The notes: a model not told the origin generated them from the letters alone. A stretch of DNA of 63,938 nt, filler included, from Piptocephalis cylindrospora (GCA_003614145.1; 3 parts of 3 records of this genome joined end to end with filler, not necessarily neighbours in it); one strand, 5' to 3'. Counted from the whole stretch's first letter, positions 38,101 to 50,717 are shown. Numbers and translations are program-made.

Positions 38101-38459
38101 TGGGAAGGTGAGATGGAGCAGGGTAGGGAGGGGTGGGGCGAGGGCGCAGTATCATTATCTTATCTCCTACTCCCTTCCAGAGGGAGAATATCTCCTCCCA
38201 GTCAAATGATTCCAGAGGGAAAGAGGAGGAAGAGGAGGAAGAAGAGAAGGAAGTAGAGCATGAAGGAGAGGAAGATCGACTACGGGGAGACCAAGATTTC
38301 ACCGAGGTGATTGGGTCATTGAAACAAGTGTATCCGGAGCGGAAGATGAAGGACATTTCCGTGTCCTTTTGCTTTATTTGCCTCCTTCACCTTGCCAATG
38401 AGAAGAATCTTAGCATTGAGGGTATGCCGGATATGGGAAATCTGACAATCCGGCAGTGA
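35113..38459 (+). CDS. BRN1: Condensin kleisin subunit Brn1/CAP-H (multi-exon)
   Basis: LNDDAAEK, YEEWMKIAADN-KINANNTW, INFQKASCTLDGCVKIYTSRVDS, VDPLFQKTSADFDEGGA, NWAGPEHW, AKRVDVRLLK, FICLLHLANE. Confidence 0.96.
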
Positions 38460-39525
38460 TTTGAAGGGGAGAGACGGGTGAAGGATTGAGTAGGGTACAT
38501 GCACGGATATTCCTGTATCAGTCGAGAGAACTACTTAGTTTCCGTTGAGATTCTCTTTTATTTTACTTTGCGTTGACTGTGCATGGTAATAATGGAATGG
38601 TAAGATAGAATAAGGGTAGGGCCAGACTGGATCCAAGCCTTTCACTTGAACTATGACCAAGAATCAGAGAATGATGAGGGGAAAGTGCATGTTCAACCCA
38701 GGGTCAGCTCATTCACCTCAAATCCCAGCTTGAGTGAACAATGTGTAGGGAAACCACCTTTCTAGACATCAGACAGTCGCTACCACAACCAAGACAACAG
38801 CACAAGAACTCACCTGTCCCTGACCAGGCCGGACCGGAAGAGTAAGGTCAAGCGACACAAAATCATGGCGTATCTCAAAGAAGTCTGGGGCAGAAGCCAC
38901 CACGGGAGAAATGTATGACAAAATGCTCAGTTAGTGTGCATATGTGTGCATGTGGGGTCAGGCGAAGGTGTGGGCGCGCACACATCCTAAGGCTTAATCA
39001 TCATCCCGTCATTCCATGCTCCGCTTCCACCATGCCCCTCACCTTTACAAATCACGTGACCTCCCTTCTCATAGGGCTGGTGGATTCCGATGGGGTCATG
39101 ACTGCGTGTGGGGCCTAGCAGTGGGAGAGAGGGGACAAAGACCCTGTGTATGAGATGTATATACACCCTGACAACAACGATAGGAGGAGTAATGCATCCT
39201 TCCCCTTGTCCCCTTGGCTTATTGTCCATCCCCATACCCGATGGCCCCATTACTCTGGCTTTGCCCATTGAGTGTGGGTGAGAAGGATGGCACCTTGGGA
39301 GAATGGAATGTGAGTAGAGGATGACGCACAATGATTCTTTCGTGATGCCAAGTGAATCAATATGACGGTTAAGGATGATAGGTACTTTCCCATGAACGTC
39401 TCTCAAGTATAAAAGACGTGCACCAGTTTACCCTCTCTCTCTACCTAGCCACCTTACCCTTTTACTTTATCCCCTTTCGCCCCTCCCTATCCAAACAACA
39501 TTTTTTCAACTCGCGCTTTATCAAA

Positions 39526-39954
39526 ATGTCTTCCCATGCCGATGCCAAACGTAACGCCTTTGGAGACGATAACGTCGAGCTCAAGGCCGGTCATCCCCCA
39601 GCTACCATGGCCGGTGGGATGCGCGTCAAGGAAACTCGCCACATTCCGCTCCATGCCAAGGGAGAAACCGAAGTAAAGGAGAAGGTGGAGGGCGAGGGCG
39701 AGGACCGTCTCCCGTTTAGCCTCTCCAGCCGTGATCCATGGAAGGATCAGGGACAAGGAGATGTGGTGAAATCCGAGGAGGAGAGAGAGGAGAAGGAGAG
39801 GAAGTTGGAGGAGATGGAGCAGCTCACAGCCATGGGTCGTAAGGCCGCTGACCGGGCTCAGAGGCAAGCCGATGCTCAGCGTGAACGCGCTGCTCCACCC
39901 CGTCTTCCCGCCACCAAAGCCCTGCCTCTTCAGCAACCCCGCTACCATAACTAG
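39526..39954 (+). CDS. Death-associated protein (DAP/Dap1/DAPL1) family protein
   Basis: N-terminal LKAGHPPATMAGGMRV and C-terminal LQQPR match the two conserved DAP-family motifs; TATAAAA at about 39408-39414. Confidence 0.82.
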   Translation: MSSHADAKRNAFGDDNVELKAGHPPATMAGGMRVKETRHIPLHAKGETEVKEKVEGEGEDRLPFSLSSRDPWKDQGQGDVVKSEEEREEKERKLEEMEQLTAMGRKAADRAQRQADAQRERAAPPRLPATKALPLQQPRYHN

Positions 39955-41491
39955 TCTCGATGGTATATCCACTGTATCTAGCCCAAGGAGATTCCCTGTC
40001 TTTGCCCAGCAAGCATCTATCGGCCCGTTGTCAAGTTGCTTTCATGTCATGAATATTGGTCCTTTGGCGCACCAAAGGAGAAATACATGAACCTGTTTGC
40101 ATGATTATATTCGTCTTTTGTATTAGCAGCGTTCATTGGAGGGAGTAGAGTTTGTGTCCTCAACGATATCGGTGTCAATGATGGGGAGATGGAATGGTTC
40201 GTGAGGACAAAGCTGTTGAACTATCCTCCTCCCCAACAGAGCAGACATGGACAAAGATTATAGCGGCCACTTAGATACGATGGGCAAACGGATAAGAGAA
40301 TAGAATCGTTTGGTGTATTGTCAGTGCCGCTGTCCTTATTGAAAGCATCTTCCTGCTAAAGCTTCCTTACTGCCTAATTTACAGAACTAGCAGGAGAGGT
40401 AACTCACCTAGAGCCGCGCCGACGATCCCCTCCCCCTCATTTCATATATTCCAGTCCTTATCATCATGGGCAGATATTGTCTATTTTTAATAGGATGCCA
40501 AGATCGTTGCAAGTGGTGCATCTTATGAATCTTGGCGTCGTTTCAATTTCCACATATCCTGTCCCATTCTGCCTCCCATATCCACCCCTCTCATTCTCGA
40601 AAAGCCCAACTCTACACAGTAACCCAATTGCTTGTGGACCTCCTCCCTTCCTGATCCCACAAGCCCACGGATGTAAGAAGCTCAGACACAGCACCACAGA
40701 GCACAGTGGGCAAACATTATCTGGCTGAAAGGCGTAGGGAGCGGAGATTAGGTGGGCTTGACCTTCTGGGAAAAAAGAGGTGGATGGGAATGAATCCCAG
40801 CTCCGACAACTCGCTGCATTCAATGTCCGATTACAATGTCTTTTTCCGCGAGTGCTTTCCTTTCTCTTTCCCTCTTACTCCTTGACCTTTTCCTCTCCGC
40901 CTCCCAGCTTCTTTCTCCCACCATCCCTGCCCGCTTCTGCCCAATTTCCCAGGGCATCTTTCCCATCCCGCTCCTCCTGATCGCCTTCGTGACCCTCTCT
41001 TCAAAATATCCCCTTTCATCGTTCCCTCCGCAGGCTCGGTCCTTTTCCCCATTATCGCCCTCTCTTCTTCTTCCTCTCCTTCTTCCTCCATCTGATGGTG
41101 TAGTACACCGTTCAAGAAATCCTGCCACCCTTGCCCCGCCTCATCCAGTCTCTCTGATCATCCGTAAAGCCGTCCCCCCTCTCCCTTTTTCCCGTGTCTC
41201 TGACTCCCCCTTGGCCTCTCGAGGTATCATCATATTTCACACGCAGTCCCTTTGTATTCATTACTTAGCCTAGCTTATCCCCCTGCCCCCGCCCAAAATA
41301 GCCCCTGTCACCCCTGCAGCTACTGGGCCCCCAACCCTTCCCTGTATCCTGTTCACTTGCAGATTTAATCATCTCTCCCGTCGGGCGCCCCTTTCACTGC
41401 GCCTTGCCCATTGATCCCATTTCGTCCCTTTCATCTCTTCCTTCTTCCACCTACTACCCATTTCCTTCCTCCTAGCCATTTTTATCACCAC

Positions 41492-44212
41492 ATGTCCAAT
41501 TATAGCCCTTACGGCGGCGGTGGGCAATACAACCCACCTCCCAACAGACCTGGTGGGGCTCCGCCTCCGCCTCGACCAGCTCCACAACCTTACCAACAGC
41601 AGCCTTCATATCCTCACCCAGGCCCCCCCTCCCATGCCCCCTCATACTCTCGGCCAGGCCCCCCATCTCGTGCTCCCTCAAACACACAAGGGAGCATGCC
41701 TGCAGGCTATATCAACCCGGTCCAAGCCCCCTACCATCCGGCTGCTCCACCCTCTCATCCCTACGGGGGTGGTCCAGCGGGGTACGCCCCCGCCGGCGGC
41801 GGATATGCCACGGGTACGGGATATCAGCCAACCACAGAGGCTTTCGATGACTATCGTGCCCAGAAGCGTCAAAGTGTCCGGCATGTCGAGTTGACCAGTG
41901 GCAATTTGGTGGTAGATTGCCCCGTCCCGGATCGTGTCCTCTCCAATGCTGTGTATCGTGAGGGCGAGGAGTTTACTCACATGCGGTACACTGCCGCCAC
42001 CTGTGACCCCGATGACTTTATCTCCCAGCGCTACACCCTTCGTCAGGTCCTGTACGGCCGAGAGACCGAGGTCTTTATCGTCATGACCATGTACAATGAG
42101 GATGATCTCCTCTTCTGTCGTACCTTTCATTCGGTTATGAAGAATATTGCCCACCTCTGCTCTCGCAAACGATCCGGGACGGGGCCCCACAGGCTGGAAG
42201 AAGGTGGTCGTGTCCGTGGTGGCCGATGGCCGTACCAAAATTCATCCTCGCGTCCTCACCGTCCTCGGTGCTATCGGCGTCTACCAGGAGGGTATTGCCA
42301 AGAACTCCTTTAATGGAAAGCCTATCACCGCCCATATCTTCGAGTACACCACCCAGCTTACCGTTGATACCCATATGCGCATCCGCGGCTCCGATGCTGG
42401 CATCGTCCCCGTTCAGATCCTCTTCTGTCTCAAGGAAAAAAATGCCAAAAAGATCAACTCCCACAGGTGGTTCTTCAACGCTTTTGGCCATACTCTCCGT
42501 CCCAACGTCTGCATCCTCCTCGATGTCGGCACAAAGCCCAGCAACACCTCCATCTATCATCTTTGGAAGGCTTTTGACCGGGACTCCTCCGTCGCTGGTG
42601 CTTGCGGAGAAATCTGCGCTGATTTGGGCCGTGGCTGGAATCTTCTCCTTAATCCTCTGATCGCCACCCAGAACTTTGAGTACAAAATGTCCAATATTCT
42701 CGATAAGCCCCTGGAATCTGTCTTTGGCTACATCTCCGTCCTCCCCGGAGCCTTCTCCGCCTACCGCTTCTCCGCCCTCCAGAACAACACCCCCACCCAA
42801 GGCCCTCTCCATTCTTACTTTAAAGGCGAGACTATGCATGGCGCCGATGCTACTGGCGGCATCTTTGAGGCAAATATGTACCTTGCCGAGGATCGTATCC
42901 TGTGTTTTGAGCTTGTCGCCAAACGCGATGCCGCTTACCGGCTCAAATATGTCAAGGTAAGCACTCCTATCTTTTCTTGTCGTGTCTTATCCCTCTCTAT
43001 CTCATCTCATCTCATTTCTCTCTCTTTCCTTCTTTCTTTCTCTCTCCCTGTTAGTCGGCAAAGGCTTGGACAGACGTTCCAGATAGCTTGCCCGAATTTA
43101 TTTCCCAGCGTCGTCGTTGGCTCAATGGGTCCTTTTTTGCTGGTTTTTATGCCATCTTTAATTTCTTCCAGCTTTTCCGCACAAACCACAACATCCTCCG
43201 CCTCACCCTGTTCTTCATCGAATTCCTCTACAGCTTCATCCAAATGCTCTTTTCCTGGTTCTCCATCAGTGTTTTCTACCTCACCTTCTATTTTCTCACC
43301 GTCGCTTACTCTCAGAAGATGAACCCGAACTACGATGGGAAGCACGATCCCTTCTACGGTGTTGGTGACTATGTCTTCACCATTGTCCGTGAACTCTACC
43401 TCCTTGTTATCATCGTCATCTTTGTCCTCTCCCTCGGGAACAGGCCCCAGGGCTCCAAATGGGTTTACCTCGTCGCCACCCTCCTTTTCTCCCTCATCAT
43501 GTGCGTCATGCTCTACACCGCCGGCTGCACCGTCTGGTACACCATCCCGAAGAATGCTGAGGATTGGAAGTCGGTCAAGGATCGCCTCATTGAAGTCCCT
43601 GTCTTTCGTAACTTTGTCATTTCTCTCGCTTCCACATATGGTCTCTACTTTGTCTCCTCCTTTCTCCATCTTGAGCCCTGGCACATGATCACCTGCTTCA
43701 TTCAGTACCTCCTCCTCCTCCCCGCCTTTACCAACATCCTCATGGTCTACGCCTTTTGCAATACCCACGACGTCTCCTGGGGTACCAAAGGGGACAACGG
43801 TCCGAGCGATGACCTGGGTCATGCAAAGGCCGGGAAGGAAGGAGGCAAGGAGGTGGCCGAGCTCAATATGCCCACGGCACGCGCGGACATCAATGCCTCC
43901 TACGACCGGCTGCTCGAGGAGCTCCGAGTCCGGCCCAAGACTGAAAAGGAACATCGAAGCGCATCCGTCAAACGGGAGGACTACTACCGCAACTTCCGTA
44001 CCCGGCTCGTCCTCTCCTGGATGTTCAGTAATGCCGCCCTAGTCATTGTCTTTACCAGTGATCTACTTAAGGATGCCTGGCAAAGCAAGCTGAACATCAC
44101 TGGTGACTTTAACCCTTTCCTCACTTTTGTCTTTTGGTCCGTTGCCGGCCTCAGCGCCTTTCGTTTCATCGGCTCCGTCACCTATCTGGTCCTGAGGCTT
44201 GTGTGGGGTTGA
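41492..44212 (+). CDS. Chitin synthase (division 1, class I/II-like); intron 42957-43054; apparent 2-nt deletion frameshift near 42180
   Basis: [84 protein letters not shown]. Confidence 0.95.
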
Positions 44213-45440
44213 TACTATCATGTCAGAGCTATGCTCCCCTTTCTCTCTCCCCACCACTCTCGCCTTTCTTCTTTTATTCTGATACATCCGATTTTTCTTC
44301 TCTATCTTCGTACTATCATCATCCCTGACCACTAACGTATCGAACCGAATCAAACCAACAGAGCATGGGCCCAATTCCACCATTATCCTTGTGGCCTTCC
44401 TTTCCTAAAAGATATCTTATATAAGGCGTCTCCCTGTGTCACTAGAATCGATCACACACACTTTGCCCCTTCTCTCCTCATCCCGCTCTCGCCCTCCCTG
44501 CCTGTCATCACCAAACGGCCTAGCTCTACTCTACATGACCGAGCATTGGCCGCGGAGTTGACAGGATAGAAGGAGAACAGTCGGTAGTGTAAGGTTGGAG
44601 ATCGTGTTTTCACACTCCGCCATTGGGCGTAGCGGAGTCTGCACGACATCACCGATTGCACCACCTTTCCGCACCGTCACTGAGGACTAGGTCGGGACGG
44701 GCATTATTGAAGAGGAAGAACAGGATCGTCAAGGCGGAGCAAAGACTAAAGGAGCGATGGGCGATATGCCAAGGGTGGCTGTGTGTAGAGGCATGAGTGA
44801 TTGATGACCAGGGTGGTACGTGTAGTCGTCTATTCTCTTTCTCACTCACACACATACACACCTGCCAACCCCCACCTCCCATAGTGACACCCATACCGGA
44901 AAGGGGGACCTTCCCCTTTCCTCTTTCTGTGATGATAGAGATATAGATGGTACATTGACACCACACCACCAACCCCACTCCAAGACCATATCTCCATTCG
45001 ACCCTGCCCGTTCCCTCTGCCCTATGGAGCGAGTAGAAAGCCCAGACTGCCCCTCGCTCAAGCTCAGCCACGCCTGGGGACCGAGCGGCATCAGGACCCC
45101 TTCCCCCGTCATGCTGGTCCATGCTCCTCGGTCTCTCCTGCTCTCGAAAGAGGGATAGACCCAGAGCCACTGTACTGAAACGAAACATGGACTTGACTTC
45201 CTTCCTCTCTCCCTCTTTTTCATCCTTTCTCCCTTTCTCCCACCACCCCAGTCTCTATTCTATCCTGGGCTTGCTCAAGGCCCCATAAAGCATTTCCTTT
45301 CTTTATCACTCACACATCACTTGATATATTCCTGTCTCTCTTTATCTTACCTCCCTTATATCCCTTACATCCTCCCCTATCTCTCACTTTTCCTCTTTTT
45401 CCCCCTCCCCTTTATCCTTTTCCCGCACATCCAACCTCCA

Positions 45441-47255
45441 ATGCCAGATGGTCCAGCAAGCCATATCCTTGGAGGTGTGAGCACCACGGAGCAATTCTAT
45501 ATTCGAGCTACATGCATTCCCCTTAATATCATCTCCCTCATTGCCTGCGTCCTCGTCCTTCTCGCTTACACCGCCGCCAGGATATATCGGCCTCAGCTGA
45601 CCGACCGAGTTTCTCTAAGATTAACCATTGGTCTTACCGTCGCCGATCTTCTCTTCGCTTCCTTTCAGATCATTGGCCTTTCTCCCGTCCGTACCAATAC
45701 GTCCCTATGCGCCGCTTCCGTATGGGGCTACGTCGCCTCCTCCCTCCTCGCCACCTTCCTCACCGTGTGCCTAGCCTTTAATCTACACGTTGTCTTTGTC
45801 TCGGGTGCTCGGAATACCCACTCTTACGAACGATGGTACTTTCTCGTCTCCCTCCTTGCTGCTGTTCTCATCTCCCTTGCTCCATTCATTGGCAAGAGGT
45901 ACGGCTTTGATGACAAAGAGCAAACCTGCTGGTTCCGGGATGTTGAGAGCGGCATTGGTCTCCTCTGGGCCTGGCTCACCCTTTATCTCTGGGTCATTCT
46001 CGGTATCCTATATTGTACCCTCGCCGTCTCTGTCATCCTCCTTCATCTTCATCGAGGGAAACGCAAGATGCAACATCGTCAGATTGTCGGAATCCCAACA
46101 GAGAATGATAGCACTGGCCCAGAATCTCCCCCCAGTAAGGAGGAGAGACGACCATCGGTTCAAGGAAGGAGGAAAAACGTGCCTGCCCTCCCTCCCTCTC
46201 CCAATGCCATTGTCCTCAACCGTATCGTCACCCGTCTAATCATGTACCCCGTGGTACTGGTTGTAGCCCAGAGCCTCAATGTCGCCGTGGAAATGTCGGC
46301 CTTTGACTCTGGCTCCTATAACTTCCCCCTCTATCTCGCTTCCTTTATCGCCACCTCTTCCCAAGGTCTTCTCAATTCCTTGGTTTTCCTGGTGGATCCG
46401 GCCGTCCGGACGTGCTGGAGATGTGTTCGTCGGGACCTTATCAAAAATTACGGCATGGATTACAACCCCTCTCAGCCCCCTCGCCGACATCCTTGGTTCG
46501 CAGCAATCCTTCATTGGTGGGTCAAGGTCTGGTTGGTTCGGGTGGATGAGGAAATCGGGCAGGACCCCTCTCCCTCGCCTCACCCTTCCCCTCCCAAACA
46601 ACCCATGACGCGTCCCGGAGTAAATGGCCTGGGAAAGGGTACCATGGGAAGGGTGAATCCCTCCGTCGGATCCTCCAGGCCTTCCAGGCGCGACGGGGCT
46701 GGGAGGTTTGAACGTGTCCCCGGCAGACTGGCCCATCCCATTCACCCCAGTCGGCGTGCATTTCCCGTAGCCCCTGGCCCCTCACGGCTCCATATGACTG
46801 ATAAGGACCTTGATCGAGCGTCTTCTGGTCGAGGGGAGCCCACCTGGGTAGCCCAGGGGGAAGAAGGGCGATGGTACGGGACACCCGCGCCCATACCGAA
46901 AGCCCTTGTACGGGATCTAACCCATGACACGATGGGGCATGCTGAAGGAAAGACCCTGAGATCCCTTCCATCCTCTCGATCTACTAGCCAAGTCGAGCGA
47001 CCCACCCCTCCAGAGACAAGATGGTTCGAAGGAGTCCGTGTTCAATCAAAACCAATCGCTCCTTCTCAAGGCAAGGCTAGTGGAGGAAAAGAAAGAAATG
47101 GAGAGAATGAAGAGGAAGAGGAAATTGGCATGACCGGTCAAATAGTCATATTAGACAGCGGAAGCCAAAATCCTTCTACCCTGGGCGATATAGAAGCCGG
47201 ACAGGGTGTTTCTGGATCCGCGGAGCAGCATCGTTTAGCCATGGCATTGATTTAA
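45441..47255 (+). CDS. GPCR-like 7TM receptor (cAMP-receptor/Git3-like) with a long C-tail
   Basis: DRVSLRL..VADL, Cys before TM3, TCWF extracellular loop, RLIMYPVVLVV, SQGLLNSLVFLVDP. Confidence 0.82.
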   Translation: MPDGPASHILGGVSTTEQFYIRATCIPLNIISLIACVLVLLAYTAARIYRPQLTDRVSLRLTIGLTVADLLFASFQIIGLSPVRTNTSLCAASVWGYVASSLLATFLTVCLAFNLHVVFVSGARNTHSYERWYFLVSLLAAVLISLAPFIGKRYGFDDKEQTCWFRDVESGIGLLWAWLTLYLWVILGILYCTLAVSVILLHLHRGKRKMQHRQIVGIPTENDSTGPESPPSKEERRPSVQGRRKNVPALPPSPNAIVLNRIVTRLIMYPVVLVVAQSLNVAVEMSAFDSGSYNFPLYLASFIATSSQGLLNSLVFLVDPAVRTCWRCVRRDLIKNYGMDYNPSQPPRRHPWFAAILHWWVKVWLVRVDEEIGQDPSPSPHPSPPKQPMTRPGVNGLGKGTMGRVNPSVGSSRPSRRDGAGRFERVPGRLAHPIHPSRRAFPVAPGPSRLHMTDKDLDRASSGRGEPTWVAQGEEGRWYGTPAPIPKALVRDLTHDTMGHAEGKTLRSLPSSRSTSQVERPTPPETRWFEGVRVQSKPIAPSQGKASGGKERNGENEEEEEIGMTGQIVILDSGSQNPSTLGDIEAGQGVSGSAEQHRLAMALI

Positions 47256-47555
47256 TAAGGATAATTTTACTACTACAAATTGCTCCTTTTTCCCAATGGG
47301 CCCTTCATGCGAATTTTTTAAATAATACTAGTCACCAATTACAAGAAAGCAGAGTTTAGATCAATTATTGATATAAACTCCCCTCCCCCCAACACTATCA
47401 TGACCAGGATGTAAAATAGCTAATCACAGGAACAGTGGAAAAGATAGCTAACAGACAAAGTGCACACTAGCCCTGACAGGGGCTCCTTACCCTGGTCAGC
47501 TCATCCCAGAATGACACATCATAAAATGACCAAAATGTAGGACGATCAAAAAATA

Positions 47556-47628
47556 AGCCCAACGCGGGGGTCGAACCCGCAGCCTTGAGATTAAGAGTCT
47601 CACGCTCTACCGATTGAGCTAGCCGGGC
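47556..47628 (-). tRNA. tRNA-Lys (CTT), intronless
   Basis: GCCCGGCTAGCTCAATCGGTAGAGCGTGAGACTCTTAATCTCAAGGCTGCGGGTTCGACCCCCGCGTTGGGC cloverleaf, followed by an oligo-T Pol III terminator. Confidence 0.97.
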
Positions 47629-48243
47629 TACATTTTTTGGTTTTTTACTATTTATTATATTCAAACACAATTTTATAATGAATAGAACATTTTTGAATGA
47701 TATTATGATGGTGGTAAAGGTAACGGTGATGGTGACAGATAGCAGTTCGTCATAGGCAAATCCTCCTCATTTCTCATTCCTCTCTTCTTAGTGATCCCAT
47801 GTAAACTTTGCGCATGCTATATAGGCCCTTGGATAAGTAAATACCAAATTAAGGGATAGTTAGCTGTGCAAGTTTATTGTCGTATAATTCACGATAGTGG
47901 GATAATGGGGTATCTTATATCTATATGTGTGCATGTCTGGAATGAGTTAGTGTCTGGCCTGACTCAAAGCAACGACGTTTGTATAGTAGGCCTTTTCGAT
48001 CTTTTCCTCTTCGTCGGCACCATCATATGTACTCCCTCTATCTTTATGGAAACATTAAAGTACCATGATGATGACGATGAAATCGTTATATTTTCTCCTT
48101 AGTGAGGTGGGCTAAATGGGTATTTGATCAAAGTATAATGATACACTTTCCCATGTTAGCAGAATGGGCAATTACTTATTCCACTCTTTGCTTTTAATGG
48201 AGATGATCTCGTCATGTTACTGAAATACATTTGAGTATATTGT

Positions 48244-48315
48244 AGGCGGGGAATGCGTTCGGATGCTCTGTAGCCTGCCCCATGAGGGAAAATAAACCAA
48301 TTTTATTATCATCGT
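48244..48315 (+). repeat. Copy of the dispersed intergenic repeat family
   Basis: AGGCGGGGAATGCGTTCGGATGCTCTGTAGCCTGCCCCATGAGGGAAAATAAA aligns with 31346-31400. Confidence 0.7.
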
Positions 48316-48881
48316 TTGAATACATTGTCCAAATTATGATTTCCATACTATTTCCAGGATAGGGGTGTTAGGCAATGAGGCAAATGTAGTGTATCAAGGA
48401 GGGTGCAATGTTGTTGGCTTCTAGGAAGAAGTACGTTATCGTTCTCTCATCGAACCACTATACTCATCGCCCTGAACTCTCATGGATAAAAATCTACACA
48501 CGCACACACGGCCTGGTCTCATAAGCGTAGCCTAGCGTCCTACTCACACTCCCAATGACCCCACACAGAAGCTGCGCACTCTCTCCCCTTGACGCTGATG
48601 ATTTAAGCTGAAAGAAGCAAGCCCAAAACAAAGGCTTTGCACCGTAATCTGCCTTACGTTGTCTCCACGCCTCCCATCCCTTGCTCCTTCCCTCTTCTTC
48701 TCCTCCCCTCCTTTCCGTATACTCGTGGCCCGACCAGATCTCGTCCGCTTTACCCTTCCACTCGTCCTTTGCACCTGTCAGATCTCAATTCATCATCCTT
48801 CTTTTCCTGGGGAAGAGTCCGTAGACGCCCCGATCCTTCCCTACATCCACGGAGCGCATACAAAACCACTACGCGACGTTC

Positions 48882-49611
48882 ATGGAGAGCGAGAAAGGCA
48901 AGTCACCGGAAGGCTCCTCTTCTGTCTCATGGCCCACCACCACCACCACTGCTACCGAGGCAACCAGTGTGATTGCCGCCACAACAGCGGTTGCAGCATC
49001 ATCAGCCCATCCTACCCCGGCTGCTCTGGCCTCCCTGCCTGAAAATCTCTTTTCCCCCGAGGAACTCTCCTTCCCCCTTGGTGTTACTATGGATCCGGGT
49101 ATCGAGGGAATTGAAGCATTTTTTCAGAACGAAGTTTCTGGGATGTCTGCGGGGACCGGAATGCCCCCTGTCATCTCGTCCGCCGCCTCGGCTCCCTCGC
49201 CTACCGCTTTCTTTTCCGCCGATTTATCCGATCATCCGAACTTCCTAGGTGGGGCAAATGAAACGGCACCCTTACTCGACCTTCCTTACGTCCACCCTGG
49301 GGAAGAGGCCTTTACGAATTTTTCCATGGCTTTGGATGACGACGCTCTGGATAGTCCACTGGGCCCTATATCTCCCGCGGTACCAACATTTACATCAGAT
49401 TCTATTCCTAGTGGCGAAGCAAGAGCCGATCATTCTCGACTATCTTTGGCTTCTCCGGTACCTAGTTCAGTACAGGGTCCCTCTCAGCCACTCCCTCATT
49501 CCAAGCCAGACGTATCTCAAATTGATATCCGAAGAACATATCCATCCTTTGCTCCAAATAAGGTTCTTTCTCTCACCGAGCTCTTCCTTCATGCCTCCCC
49601 GCCCAGATGGC
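48882..49611 (+). CDS. N-terminal fragment of a large acidic protein, probably TFIID subunit Taf1, cut by the gap
   Basis: Open frame running into the Ns; YPSFAPNKVLSLTELF resembles the Taf1 N-terminal motif (human FPEFRPGKVLRFLRLF). Confidence 0.45.
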
Positions 49612-49711
49612 NNNNNNNNNNNNNNNNNNNNNNNNNNNNNNNNNNNNNNNNNNNNTTAATTAATTAANNNNNNNNNNNNNNNNNNNNNNNNNNNNNNNNN
49701 NNNNNNNNNNN
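49612..49711. other. Assembly gap with TTAATTAATTAA linker
   Basis: 100-nt block of N with linker at 49656-49667. Confidence 0.98.
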
Positions 49712-50042
49712 AAGCCGAAGCATGCGACCAGGGAAGCATTCATGAAAGGTCATTGGGATCGGAAGGGATTTGGGCGAGGTAATGGGTCGGAGCACACTCG
49801 TAAATGGTCCGGAGAGGGGGGGTGGGGACAGGGAGGAGAGCACAGACCACAGACCATACATTGGTCGAGTAGCGCTTCTCCTCGTCTCATACTACAGAAT
49901 CGAAGTGAAGAGGCTCGAATGAACCGATCCAGAATTAACCACTGCACAGCCTTGTAGCACAGTCGGAGTGAACACGCTCAATTGGACGGAGATCAAAAGG
50001 CGCTATTCTTTCCCTCTTGTGTCCCCCTTGCTCCCAAGCACC

Positions 50043-50717
50043 ATGAACCCCGAATCTATGCTGTATCCCATGTACATAGACCAGGATGTGGGGATTAAAA
50101 CCATTCCCATGGCTGAATCCCTTCCCTGGTACGGCTCATTGGATAGCCCCTTCCACGCCGGTCTTCCGCCCATGATGGATTCATCGACCATTACGTCCAG
50201 GCGAATCACCCCTCCCCCTTCGGCTCATCCCTTACGCCTCTCTCAGTCGCAGCCCGCATCCAATTCCCCTCCCTCCCTCCCAAAGTCAGGATCGGGCTAT
50301 TCTAGAGCTGGCCCAGTCCGCGTGAAGTCCCGTCTGCATCTCCCTATCGTCCCGGACGCTCCAAATCCGCTTTATGGTCGGAAACGTAAAACACTCACTC
50401 CAGCCTCCGCTTCCTCCTCCCCCTCTGCTTCATCCGATCCCACCCCGCTAGAGCACGCCCCTAGACCTCCAAACGCCTTTATCCTCTTCCGTCGGCACTG
50501 GCAGCCATCCGTGACGGCCAGGAATCCGCATGTGGATACCCGGGAAATATCCCGGATCCTGGGTCAAATGTGGAATGAAGCCGATCCTGTGGAGAAGGAA
50601 AAATTCCGTAAGCTGTCCAGGGAGGTCAAAGTGGAGCATGAGAAGCTTTATCCTGGATATAGGTATTCCCGGAGAAAGCGGTCCCCTTCCCTTACCGCCT
50701 CCTCCCCGGCCTCCTAG
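50043..50717 (+). CDS. MATA-type HMG-box transcription factor
   Basis: APRPPNAFILFR..ISRILGQMW..EKEKF..EHEKLYPGYRYSRRKR. Confidence 0.92.
   Translation: MNPESMLYPMYIDQDVGIKTIPMAESLPWYGSLDSPFHAGLPPMMDSSTITSRRITPPPSAHPLRLSQSQPASNSPPSLPKSGSGYSRAGPVRVKSRLHLPIVPDAPNPLYGRKRKTLTPASASSSPSASSDPTPLEHAPRPPNAFILFRRHWQPSVTARNPHVDTREISRILGQMWNEADPVEKEKFRKLSREVKVEHEKLYPGYRYSRRKRSPSLTASSPAS

Noticed and set aside
44452..45223. Minus-strand ORFs between chitin synthase and the GPCR
   Set aside because: No motifs; composition fits UTR or promoter sequence.
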